The position numbers and the translations under genes were made by a program. A DNA stretch of 64,000 nt from Antedon mediterranea (taxonomy: Eukaryota > Animalia > Echinodermata): positions 24,900,432-24,964,431 of the forward strand of contig NC_092679.1 in the NCBI RefSeq assembly GCF_964355755.1, written 5' to 3'. The notes beneath the pieces were generated by a model. It made no database searches. It saw only the letters and a list, made by a program, of their open reading frames with translations, and was not told the DNA's origin. Below, in pieces: positions 1 through 13,140 of this stretch (positions are counted from its first letter, which is position 1; each line of letters starts with the position of its first letter).

Positions 1-678
1 TTAAAATTTTTTTCCACCAAAAAAAACGGCCCTCTATAGTTGTATTATCGTCTTGAAAATAATAATTAATTAATTAATTATATATAGTATAGCATATATA
101 ATAGTATTTCTACCTTGAAAAGTTGTTTTGAGTATCGTAATGGTGGCCTTTTTGAAAGTAACAAAAATTTACCAGCCCCAATAGGGCAACATCGTGTTTA
201 TCACAACACGCAAAAAAAAAAAATTTGAAACAATAGTTAGTTTTTGTACTATAGTGAATTTTTGGAAAATGTCATTAAATTCAAGATTTTGCCCCAAAAC
301 TTTGATTTGTGCATAATTTTTATAAAACAATAAAAATAGTTCAATTTTTTTAAATATTTTTATTTGATATACGTTTCTTCATCAATATCCAGTTGGAAAA
401 ATGTATTCCATAAGAATTTCTTATAGAAAATATAGTTTTTATCATTGATTCAATAAAAAACATTAAATCCAAAACACCTGTAATGACGTCATTAATATGC
501 AAATTACTTTTTTTTATACCTAACTGTAGACTAACCCTTTGCCCATCACACACCACAAAAATAATTACACAATTATCTCAATTAGTATTTTTTTTTGCAA
601 TTTATTAAAATATCATGTTTTTCTTAAATATATATTACTCACAGAGGTGGGAATAATGCTCCGCAGTAAAAGGGTTAA
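1..678. mobile_element. Right end of a TTAA-targeting (piggyBac-like) non-autonomous element; left end lies outside the window
   Basis: Ends in ...gcagtaaaaggg|ttaa (TTAA at 675-678). Homology to the Helentron-like unit at about 22623 starts immediately afterwards. Only one terminus is visible. Confidence 0.45.
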
Positions 679-1696
679 AATGACGTCATACGAACACGTT
701 GATTTAGACCATTTGCGCGCATTTTAGTTGAAAAAGTTATAAAATATTGTCAAAATAATGCCAATTTTGAATCTTCAATCTTATTCAGGATCAAAGGTGA
801 CCTCCAATTTTTTTAACTTATTATGTAAGAAGATAAATTGTAGATATGAATTCATGCAGAATTTTTACCTCTCGGATGTTATGACATCATCGTATGGCCA
901 CACGAAAGTAAAATATAGGATTTTTGTCTCTTTCGTTATTGCTCATCATATTCAACAGAGTGCATCTCGCTTATACGTATTCCATTTCCCCCGAGATTTT
1001 AATATTGTCTACTTTAATCAACTATCTTTCGTATGAGTTAAAAATAGTTTAATTTTTATGACGTCATCATGTCTAAAAATGTAAATAACGTGGGTCACTT
1101 ATTTTCATTTTTACAGTAAATTTCAATCTGTTATAGCTCGTCAGAATAAAAAGTGATAATCATGTTTAAAACGTTTTCTGGAAGCTATTGGATTGTAGAT
1201 ACGAATTCATGTGAATATTTTGCCAATCAGATGTTGTGACATCATCATATGGCCAGTTGAATAAAAAAAGTTGTATTTTCATATTTTGCTTCATAGTTCA
1301 TCACATTTAAAAGAGCGCGCATCTATATTTTACGTATTCAAATTTCTTCTACACGTTAATATGTTGTTGCTGCGATAATTTCCTTCCGAAATTGCTATAT
1401 TAGTGTTTCATTTTGATACTGTCAGTCACCATGTTAAAAATTGGAATAAATGGCGTGACCCGTAATTTCACCTATTCTACACTGTATGTAATATGTATAC
1501 AGATTTTACTATGATACTGTAAATATAGTATATGACACAAAATATACAGCATTCAGTACTAACAACATATCATACTCTTCAGTTTAGGTCATAATGCCAT
1601 AATCTTTTTCTGTGTGCAATATTCCAACGTATGACATGCACGTGGCGTTTGTTGGGCGGATAACTAACTCGTCAAAGTGACGAGTTTCATGTCTAG
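679..1696 (+). mobile_element. 3' part of a Helentron-associated non-autonomous element (HINE family C)
   Basis: Similar to 22623-23253. Ends with subterminal gcggataac, stem-loop aactcgtca-aag-tgacgagtt and CTAG followed by T's. Confidence 0.7.
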
Positions 1697-3045
1697 TTTA
1701 CTTTTATTTCACACTACAATTCATACTTTTTGGATCAAAGAGCTGAAAGCAGCTACATAGCTTGTTTTATCAGCAGTCAGGGTGGTCAGCGATGAAAACA
1801 AAATTATGCTAGGTGGCAGCACAATATTATGCCAGGTTATGCTACCTGTAGGCACAATTATGGCCAAATGTCACCAAAACATTGTATCAGAAACATGTAA
1901 TGCTTCAGAATTGGTTTGTCAGAATTGACAATAGAAAAAATAGGAATTTCTGATTGGAGATCCACTTCAGGAACACCTGTACTGGCTTCAAAGGTGTACA
2001 TTTAAAAAAATACTAAATCTTTCATCAATGACTCAATTAAAGTGGTCAACTAAAAGCCTGGTTTGTTTTTGTGGTCAATACCGTGATTATATTCCTGGGT
2101 CATTTAACCTCAAAGGTTATCATGCTTCTTGAGGTCAATTTATAAACAATGCTATCCAGTCTTTGAAGGTAATGATGTGATGATTATGTATTTACTCTTT
2201 TAAAAGTCTTCTTTATCTTACTAGATAAGGAAGAGAAATAGTAACACAGAATTAGCATTTACTGAAAATGTGTCCTGGAAATACCATGGAATTTCACACA
2301 GTTATAATAACCAGTTTTTTTTTCGCGTCAAAATTAGGCTGTAGTGCAATTTCTGTTTATAAATAACCAAAACAAAAACCATGTAACCTATGTTGAAAGA
2401 TATTCTCCATACATTTCCATAAAGGTACGATTAGTAAAGGTTCCCAACTTATTTTTATTAAGAAATATGTCAATAACTGGATTCGAACAAATATGTCAAC
2501 AGTCTTTATTCAATTACTATGAAAGTTATATGTTAGTAACTTAATTGGAAATATTTAGTCATAGCTGGTAATGACCTGAACAGTTTATATGAATGTAGCA
2601 TTGTATTCATATGGCCTGACAAAAACAGACATAGCCTAGACATCATCACTTCAAGATGTTGTCTCAAAGGAATAGCTGTGGAAATAGGTTTTCTGTCTAC
2701 TTTAATGATGTACTTACCCTTTGACATTATCCCCATTTGGAAACTTTAGGCAAAAACCAAAAGTTGAATTGCAGACGAAAGTTGTATATTGTACTGTGTT
2801 CTGTATATGACATGAGGGTAGGTAAGTTTAACTACTTCCAGTATGCCATTTATGCATTCATTTTAGGTATAGTATATTCATTAATGTTTTAACTCAAACT
2901 ATAGGTCAAGTTCATTGATCACTAGTAAACCATTTTCATCCAGGATTTTGAAATAGACTTGGAGAGAGCAGGGTTTTAAAATGGTGGTGAAATTAAGTGC
3001 TAAGCTTTAATTTGTTATCCTATTTTTTGCATTACAATTTTTGAA

Positions 3046-3201
3046 ATTTAATGTTGCTGATAATAGTCACTTTTGTTTTCAATTTGTAACAAGCTAACCC
3101 CTGTATAATTCTGATGACACTTTATTTAATGTTGCTGATAATAGTCACTTTTGTTTTCAATTTGTAACAAGTTAACACCTGTATAATTCTGATGACACTT
3201 T
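3046..3201 (+). repeat. 78-bp tandem duplication (2 copies)
   Basis: atttaatgttgctgataatagtcac...gatgacacttt starts at 3046 and 3124, with two substitutions. Confidence 0.9.
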
Positions 3202-6200
3202 AATTATTACACCACATTTTAAGAATGAGTTTTTGTAATAAAAAAGGCTACACAACTGGCTATAATTTGTTTGAACAGCAACTTACCCTATTAAATGATA
3301 GATTGATGCCAAATTTCACCAATCAGGGTGGGGCAGGCTGAGGTGGTTGAATATCCTAAACCCTATGAGTATGACTACTAAATCTAGCAATAGCCACACG
3401 ATTACTTACATTGGCCGGCAAGCAAGTTTATTCGAAAAGGGCTCTAGAAATGTGGTATACTATTATTATTAAGTGTATCTTTTCTTGTGAATACATTTAG
3501 CTTCTGGTATCAATTTCCGGCGAACTCAAAGCTCCTTATTATCAACATTTTCTTACCTCAGGACCATGGTGAGGCTTAGGTAGTGAAGTTGGTTTCCACC
3601 CCTACAACCGAAATCCTGAATCAGATTATCTTTTTAACCTCTCTACCAAATTTGAACCCCTGTCTAAAAATTGTGGCTACAGGCCAGTTCTGTTGCTATA
3701 ACTGAAGATGCATTTTAGTTGTTATCAACCATTTTATACTCATCAACCATTTTATAGATTAATTCTATAAAGTAATACAGACATAAATGTTCACTTTATT
3801 TTCAGAATACAATACATTTCTAAGTTAGCTGTTGACCCATCAACACCTTTCTTTTATCACCAAGTTAATTTGCAAACATGCAAAAACTATTAACCTGAGG
3901 GTTTAGGATGTCCCATGATGACCTGAAATTGACTTCTCCTGACTTTTAACCTTTAGAATAATAGTCAGTTTATTTCCTGGAAGATGAACAAGTTGTATTT
4001 ATAAAAGAACACAACACAAAAATTGCTTACGGTTACAGCATCAAATTATTTTTGATATCATCAATCAATTATTATTAAAATTATTCGTTATTTATAAAGA
4101 AAGATCAAAGTGCTGTACAGGCAATATCAGAAACGAACTAATACATAAAATAAATGGTTAAAGAGCACTATTTGAAACAAGTAAGTTTTAAGATAATGAT
4201 AATACTGTAATAATAACTTATTTAGAAGTGAAAAGTACTGTACTAATTGTATCACGCCCGCCGCTCATACAACAAAAAGTTTTAATGTACGAATATCCGT
4301 CCATGTGTTGGGTACGTTTTAATATTTTTGCGGTTCACATATATTTTCTATGCTACAAATAATTTTTTGTAGTTATGTCATGGACTAAAATTGTGTTCAT
4401 TAGTGACCACTTTAGGAAATTTACAGCAAAATAAGTTCTGCTCTAAAACACCGGAGCCTCCTGGGCCTTCGTCCCTTGGACTCCGACCAGGCTTCTTGGC
4501 AGCCCCTGACTCAGCTCTCAAAGTACTCAATATTAATGTTTTACAAATCCTGCACATGCTCCTGGTACAGTATTGGAATTAATTTTGGAATCTGATCATA
4601 ATCATCAAACTCATTCATTGTAGTTCAGCTGAAAACTTTACTAAATACATCAATCTGCTGGTTTGTAAAGGGTGGGGTAGGTCATGGACAATTTATTAAT
4701 TGATAAGTGTATTATTATTATTATTAAACTCTTCCAAGCTTAGGTGAACCTTCATCAGCGGCCATGATCACAATGCTCAACCTATTGGAATGCTAGGCTT
4801 GTCTGTATATCAGGCTACGAGTATAACTTCTGACTCTTTACATTCTGTTATATCTTCAGTATTTATAAATTTTATATTTATAAAAAATGTATTTGATACT
4901 GATAGTTTTTTAGTTTCTGTTATTTCTTGGTGTTGAAATTTTGTTTGAACTTCATGGTAGTCAGTGATAAATTAGTTAATAAGTTAATTATTTCAAATTA
5001 TTAAAAACTAAGTAATAATTATTATTGAAAAAGCAAAGCAGACGGTATTTACCATAAAATAACTATTTGATGGCTTTCTTTAAATTGTTGACAAATTTGA
5101 TAGATATTAGTTTAGAAGTACATAGTATAAAACATACAGGTAATAATTATATCAATCTACAATAAATAGGTCGTGTTAAAAGTGTTCTCAAAGTACACGT
5201 TTTGATAATTGTTCAAATTTGTGTTTCTCGTCTTTTAATATAATGTTTAAGAGTCAATGCCTGATGAGCCAGGGAGTCTATACTCATGCCAAACCTTCAT
5301 TGCATAAAATATGCTGCTTAAAATCTCTAGCAACTTAGGGAGTGAGCTAATTTGACCTTGACTGAATTGCCTGCCTAGCTACAATATTGCACATCTTGCT
5401 AGCTATCACCATATCACAGTCTGGCTTCTTGCAATGATGTACTCTATGCCTCATGCTAAATAAGCCGTAAGCAGCACATTGTAGCTCTCTCAAATTCTTC
5501 ACTAATCAAACTCTACAAATTCAAAAATAAGTTTTGTTCTAGTATATGTTGCTGATGTGTATGGACTGGTGCTAGTTCTGCTAGATTGTAGTACATGTGT
5601 GCTAATTTATTTTTTAAGTAAAAAGCTGGCAAGTCAAAGTGATTATATGTACAACAACTCAATGGAGGTGTTTTGGAAAAAGATTGTGGAGAATGAGGAT
5701 CTGTTTCAGGGGTGAGTTTTTAACAAAACACATTTCAACATTCTCATTATTTCAATTCCATTGTCATTGTTTCATTTCTATTCATTTGTCATTGATTAGG
5801 CTAGAATCTTTTCTGATGTTGAGCATTTTATTTTCCATTGAGTATTAATGGGTTATTTCAAAGTTCAATGACAATGTTTTTTAACATTTATATAAAAAGT
5901 GCCAGATTATTTGCATTGATTTAAATGTTATGATTGTTGGTATCTGCTACTTGTACTTCTGGTATATAAACAATTACAGTATGTATGTGATTTCACTGTG
6001 TAGGCATTTATCAATTGTTTAGTATTAAAATATTATTTACATTAGTATGTGATCAGAAACTTTGTTTGTGTGAGCAAAAAAAATAATGAAGATTTTTATT
6101 TAAAATGTAAAACACAAAGTCTCTGAATCAATTCTAGTCATACCAATCTGTTATATATAAAATGTTCTCCAGTTTTATATACAGTAGTCCCCAGGTCACG

Positions 6201-7887
6201 AAAGATGATCTTCTACCCACAGTCTATGGAATCTTAAGCTAAGGGCAAAAACAAGTACATTCACCTCAAATGACTTATTATAATATATTACAAAGAAAAC
6301 ATAAATAATATCAGTTTTGTCAGACTAGAAGCGTAGTATGGGAATTTTTCATGTCGGTTGAACACTAAAATATATAATTTTGGAAATGTAATTTACTTTT
6401 TAGAATTATTCATGAGACTGCTATCCATAATTGATGGATTGCAGCATATATATTTATTTGTATTAAAACGACTCACAAAATCTAAATGAATATTTCTATA
6501 AATGATAATGTCTCGGAAATGTATCAACTACTCTATTGTAAAATCAACAATTTTAATATATTTAACCTTTTTGTACAACCTAGGTATTTTAAGTTGATCA
6601 GTTTTAGAATTTTTAATTTTGATAATCAAATATGCGATTCTAGCGAACTTATTGGTAAACTACTTCAGGCCGTAAGGGCCGTTTTATGGTTCAGAATCAG
6701 GCAAAAACAAAAACCTTATTTTGTCCACAAAACAAGTGGGAATAATGTCTTATAGCAACATGCATTGTTAATACTGTATTTTGTTGCATGTGGTTTATTC
6801 AATATGAAATGTCGAATGATAACATATTTTTTTGTAAGTACAGTATTTAAATTATTTGACGGCGCTTAATGCTTGTTTTCATAGACATTCACATTGAACG
6901 CAACTCGACGCAAATCAAAAGCCATTGCTCAACTAGTAGTCCAATACTCATTGCTAACAAGGTTGCTACGGCCCTGTACTACTAGTACTCATTGTTGATG
7001 GAATAGGTATAACAACTTGTCTTATTCTCACTAATGTTAGCTTTGAAATCTTTTATATCCATAACATGCAGCTTGTCTCCAGGCAGATTCTTTTCACAGG
7101 ACTGTTTTCTCAAATGCTGTTTGTTGTTTTGTTAACATCTTTCAGCCAGTCAAGAACTGTCTTCCCTGGGTATATAAATACTGCTTTTATAAATAAAAAC
7201 ACAAACTATCAGAATAATGCTCCAAAAATGTTTGAAATAAAGGAAAATGGCCTACTTTATTCAAAAACTAGGTCAACATCTGTTGTCTTATAATATCAAC
7301 TATTATATGCTACTTTTGTATCTATAAAGATTTAAAGCCACATCCCCTACGTTTTTTTTATCTAATTTAAGGTGAATGGTCATAAACGGCATTTTATGAA
7401 AATTCAAATACTGTATGAGCTTATTGCGATAATATTTTTTGCCTTTAAATTGTAAAAATGTGAAATATAAGTCAATTTTAATAATTAAAGCAGCCCGCTA
7501 TAAATACATGTGAATTGATAGTTTTGTTTTGCTTCTGTGATGCACCCACTTTTGATCGATCACGAAAGCAAAACAAATAGAAGAACCGTAACTTTTCAAT
7601 TTTTATTAACATAAAAAGAAAGATAATGCAGCAATGCCAGACTAGGCCTGTACTGTAGCTAGCGCACGATGTTCATACGATGTTTAAATACCAGCTAGGC
7701 CTACAAAACTAAGTCTAGCCAGGCTAGGCCTAAGATTGTCCATGATATGACATTCGACGCAAGCTATTTGGGTAGTGCATTGTTTTTCGCTTTTTATCGT
7801 AATTAACTCAAAAGGAAGATTTACTGAGCTAGAAGCTGACTCGACCCATGTTGCAATGTAAAAGAAATTATCTACAAACAATTGTAT

Positions 7888-7933
7888 ATATATCTCACCG
7901 GGCGGTTTAGAATTAATGTTCTTTGCCTGTTGT

Positions 7934-7967
<34 letters not shown>

Positions 7968-8134
7968 CCAAAGGCAAATTACTGAAAAAAATGACAATGC
8001 TGTGGGTATCAGTGGCTGGATCTCAATGGAGATACAAAAATAAAAAGCGAAAAGCTAAATCAAAACGATAAAGTAAACAGCCAGAAAAGTTAGCAGAGCT
8101 TTCGGGCAACACTAGCCCTTCATCAGTGCAAGTG
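7888..8134 (-). mobile_element. Penelope-like element terminal remnant flanked and interrupted by (TA)n; second copy at about 10820-10955
   Basis: Both loci share tcaccgggcggttt...gcctgttgtgtttata and aaagctaaatcaaaacgataaag...cttcatcagtgcaagtg. The minus strand carries a CTGATGA..GAAA motif typical of PLE pseudo-LTRs. Confidence 0.6.
8093..8129 (-). ncRNA. Minimal type I hammerhead ribozyme candidate (PLE type)
   Basis: Minus strand reads GCA-CUGAUGA-A-GGGC-uaguguu-GCCC-GAAA-GC-UC-UGC. The core is intact, stem II is 4 bp, stem I is 3 bp, and palindromic AGCU replaces stem III. Confidence 0.6.
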
Positions 8135-10819
8135 CTCTCTAATTTAGGCTAATTTAGTTTAGTAGAAGTTTTTAGTGAATCCAAATATAATCCCACCAAT
8201 TCGTATCCAGTCCCCCTGTTTTAAATAGAAACAAAAGCAGTAAAAATAATATATTCATTCTGTTTTGCTGAAAAAGTGATTTTTTTAAATAGTTTTTTTG
8301 TGTTTTCACTTTTGTTTACGCCTATATAACTATCAGATCAAATGATCTCCATAAATAAAATATATTCCTGTAACAGTATGAATGATATAGTATTCAAATT
8401 CACCATATTTTTTGTTGATGTAAAGAGTCGTCGCCTTGCTGCCTACTCTACTTTGAAGAGTTTTAGCTTGTTGTAATAATTTAGCCTAGCTCATAAATTA
8501 TACGGCGACACCATATAAAAATCCATGCATGTTTATTATACAGTTACCATACTATTACTAGAGACTTCAGTGCAGTTTTACAAAATGCAATTTTGTTTAC
8601 AATTATTTGTTCCTATTTTGATTTGGTGTAGAAGAAAATTAAAAAGCTATTTGCAAAAGAAATTTGAAATTGAAATTTTGTCATAAAACGTTTTGTTTTA
8701 AAGTTATATTTTAAAAATAACATATGTGATGTTAATTTATTATTCTATTGTCTACAGCTATATTTTTTTATACCAAGTTGACCATAAAATGAAACTGATT
8801 AAGAGCCTGTTCACATGCTGTATAATGTAGGCTATTGCATTAGTTGGTATAAATTTAGATATAAATTTTAAATAATTTGTATACAGTATGGTATTACAGA
8901 TAAGCAACAAATATAGTTAATAATTGTTTTTATCTCTCAGAAATTACTTAAAGATAAAAACTAATAAACTGTAAAGGATATGCCTGTAGTTAAACACTAC
9001 ATTCAATTAATAATGTATAAACTGTAGCTTTTATGTTGAGATTCAACTAAAGAGTAGTCTAAAGTATTTACAAAGAAATGACAGTGAAATGTTTGGCCGT
9101 GAGGACAAACAGTTGAGTCAGGTTAACGGTAGGGGATCGGTATAATTGAGGTACGTAGTTGATGGCATTACGTGCCTATCTGTGGAAAGCAGTGTGCCCT
9201 AAGGTAGGAAGGGAGAGATAGGAGCTTCCAGCAGCTTTGCAAACACACAACTCAAGCTAATGTGTAAAACGATGTCTGTGAGATAAATTCCACACTAAAA
9301 TGTTATCTGCGATTTCCATACTCTGGGGAATTTTGAGACAACCTTAAGATCTATTATCATTCTATTTTAGACTAGATATAAAAATATTTGTTTGTATATT
9401 TCTATTATATTATGTTTTATTGAACTAATTAAATATTTATTTTAGTTAGTATATATTTATCACTTACATAAATAGCATAATATGTAGTATAATTTTTTTT
9501 CAATCAAACAATACAACTGTATTTATTTATATGCATATACAGTAACTAAATGTGTTATATGTTGATGTTGATCAAATAAATAATTGATAAACATATGAGA
9601 TTAGCCTTCATGGTAATTATAACTTTCAAATTAATCATTTATTTTGTCTTTTGTTTTTGTTTTTTTTTTCGTATTGTTTTTTCCCCTGATGTATTTAATC
9701 ACTTTAGTATAAAATTGCTATTAAAATATATGCATTAAACAAAGTTAGGGTGAAAATGTATTGCTGCTGCTGCTATATTAGTATTACAGCTTGTTAGTCA
9801 TACAGCACACCAAGAATGGTTTTTATACTGATTAGGAAGATATTGTTTGAAGATTGCCGACTATTGTGATTAAAGATGATATTAACAGACAGACACTTTA
9901 CAGATAAACTGGCACAATGCCACCCAATACCTTACCTTCTGCGCCTTCCAAATCCAGTCAACTCTGTTCGTGCAATCAATATTTCTTTATTATGGAATGG
10001 GAACAAAATATTTTAATTTTGTTGCTGATAATTGGTAAACTATTTAATATAATGTTAATAATGTATAATACGGAATGAGAGATTATTGTGTGGATCTGTG
10101 GTATTAGAAATTTAGCAAAAGAAGCTAGATAAATGAGACCATGTGTTTTGTGTGTGAAATTGTCTTCAGGCTGTATATCATTAACTAAGCAACTGTAGTT
10201 GTTTGTTGCTTAATAATCCATTGAAGCTATTCCATATTTTAAAATAGCTCAGTTCTTTGTGTATTCACAAATGATTTAATTATAAAATAATATAAATATA
10301 ATAATGTGAACATTAGTTTATAGAGTAATTTGTGGTTTTGATAAAACTAAACCCATTCATTAATTATTTATTATTTAATACACTGAAAGATAGAGACAAT
10401 ATCAATTTGATATCTGTTGCATTTGTGTATATCGAGGACTACAGTAGTGTAATGTATTTCAACCAAATTTGAACAAAATCATGATCATAAAACATTTGTA
10501 CAAATGGTCACTGCCAGACATGTGCGTATCTAACGCCTTCGATGTATGGCGCAGGTACCTACACTACGTGTGGCATTGAAGTATAAAGAATATTTTTTTA
10601 AGTCCGCCCACCGATACTATCAATTTTAAGTTCAAGTTGGAAATCAATTATTTAAACATTTTATTTGTTTGTTGATGACGTCATCAATGTCACAACCTAT
10701 TTGTTTGTTGATTCGTAAACTTGAACATTCGTAAAATACATGTTTTACTGTACTCAAATTTATATATATATATATATGGTAATTTACTAGCGTCTTTATC
10801 ATTTATTTATATATATATA

Positions 10820-10955
10820 AATATATCACCCGGCGGTTTGGAATTTATTTCTATGCCTGTTGTGTTTATATAAAGCTAAATCAAAACGATAAAGTAAAAC
10901 AGCCAGAAAAGTTAGCAGAGCCTTCAGGAAACACTAGCTCTTCATCAGTGCAAGT
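10820..10955 (-). mobile_element. Second, degenerate Penelope-like remnant
   Basis: Homologous to 7888-8134. Its hammerhead core is mutated (GAAG instead of GAAA, weakened stem II). Confidence 0.55.
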
Positions 10956-11804
10956 GAAGATACTTGTACAAGATAGATAGATATATATATATTCTAATTG
11001 ATAGAAAAGATTTATTTTCGTATGACATGAGTTCATTAGAGCGTGAAACTTATTCCTTCTGTGTCTGCGCCAAATAAGGCATGATCAAATCATTCAAATG
11101 CGGCACTCCCATTTTGGGCGCTGCATAGAATAATTATAGATGGCACGTTCGTGTACACTACAGGTTGATTTTTTAAAGCAGATCATCAGACAGCCTTGCT
11201 GCATGCTGTAAAATACTCTCATTTAACAAGAATCAACGGCACATGCATGCAAAAATTTGCGAAAAAATGTATTTTTTTTGTAAATTGATACATTGCACAT
11301 TGTCACTATTTTGATTAAACTTCACATTTTTTAAAGTGGTAAAACAATGCCATCGCATAAATTGTTTGGGTTGCTTTACTGCCTTGCACCTTGGATTACC
11401 TTTTTCTGAAGAATTGTAAACTTATCACTTTAACTGCCAAACACGAAGATCTTTGTGTTTGGAAACACAACGCTTGACTGCCAAACACGAAGATCTTCGT
11501 GTTTCGCGTTTTTTTACGAAATGCGGTAGATAGGTTAATTATTGGTATATACTATAAATATGGACACTATATTCGGTCTGGACCGTCAATATTTTACTAT
11601 TTGAAAGTAACTAATTTGGTTACGAACAACTGTCAAAATGGTACCTGTCGAAATAACATACACCGCGCATCACAGTAGCGCGTAGAGCGATGGCTTGGCG
11701 CATTGTGTATCGGTCGCGCGCTAGCTATGCCGCCGAAGCATTACAAAGGTTTTTGTGGATTGGCATGTTTCTTTGTTATCTGAATAAAAAATAATGGAGT
11801 CATT

Positions 11805-13140
11805 TACCTCCGCCAAGGAGGTATATGTAATCGGTAGTGTGTGTTTGTTACTTGGCCAAATTGAAAATTGGCCAAGTATGTTGATCTGTTTGGTTTGTGT
11901 GTTTGTTTGTTTCTAGCGCTCACAGTTTTCACAGCTCACAGATTCGAATGACTCCAAATTACTACCATACATGTCACCTGGTGCAAGGACGACACCGCCC
12001 AATTTTGGTAAACATCCGGACCACGGTTCCAATTCTGGACCACTTTTAAAAATGATTTTCAGACCTGCTAGTGTTAAAAGGTAGGACAGAATTATCAAAA
12101 GCCGGTGAGCAGTCTTAAATTAACAAGTAAACTTAAATTGCATTTTCTTGAGAACTACTTGTCCAAAAAACTTCATTTTTGTACAAGAGGCAAGAATTAT
12201 AATTTTTGATTTGTAATTTAAAAACATAAATTGATTTAATATACAGGTTTTTTGATGCGAATAGTTTAAAAAACATAATTCTTTTCAAATTCACCCGTGT
12301 GTTTGTCGCGTTGCTGTTCTATTGTTAGTCGACTGAAGCTATTGTTAGTTGAAAGGCTGGTTACATAACCTTTACACCAAACTCGTATACACATGATTGT
12401 AGTGAAATTAGCCTAAATCACACAGCATAAGACACACACTTTTGGCGAAAATCGTGTCATGGTTAGGAGGCCAATTTTGATTTGGCCAAGTATCGCGCTA
12501 TGCGCGAAGGCTAGTTTGTATGTTTGTTAGCAGGATTACTCAAAAAGTAATTACAAGATCTTTACCGAAATGAATATACAGATAGATATGTGGTCAAGGA
12601 CCATTCCATTAAATTTTGGGACCATTTGGGACCATGGTCCCAATTCTGGACCACTTTTTAATATACTTTTCAGACCTGCTAGTGTTAAAAGATAGGACAT
12701 AATTTTTCAAAAGCCGGCGAGCAGTCTTAAAGTAACAAGTGAACTGAAATTGCATTTTCTCGAGAACTACTTGTCCAAAAAACTTAATTTTTCTACAAGA
12801 GGCAAAAGTTATAATTTGTGATTTGTAATTTTAAAACATAATTTGATTTAATGTGCACGTTTTTTTATGCGAGTAGTTTAAAAAACCTATTTCTTTTCAA
12901 ATTCACTCGTTTGATTTTCGCGTTGCTGTTCTATTGTTAGTCAACTGAAGCTATTGTTAATTGAAAGGCTTGTTACATAACCATTACACCAAACTCGCAT
13001 ACACATGCTTGTAGTGAAATTAGCCTAAATCACAAACAGCATTAAGACACACAAATATATATTTTTTTTTTACCGGAGAAATCTTATGTAAGAGAATTTT
13101 ACAGTAGGCGGAGGTATGCACTCTCGGAGTGGCTTTCTAG
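11805..13140 (+). mobile_element. Helentron-associated element, family A (contains nested family B copy)
   Basis: 5' tacctccgcc-aa-ggaggta plus (GTTT)n. 3' ggcggaggta, hairpin cactc-tcg-gagtg and CTAG|TT. Same family as 20230-20903 and 59013-59586. Confidence 0.85.
11849..12514 (+). mobile_element. Helentron-associated element, family B, nested in the GTTT microsatellite of family A
   Basis: 5' tacttggccaaa...ttggccaagta plus GTTT tract. 3' tttggccaagta, hairpin tcgcgc-tat-gcgcga and CTAG|TT. The internal core is homologous to family A. Confidence 0.8.
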
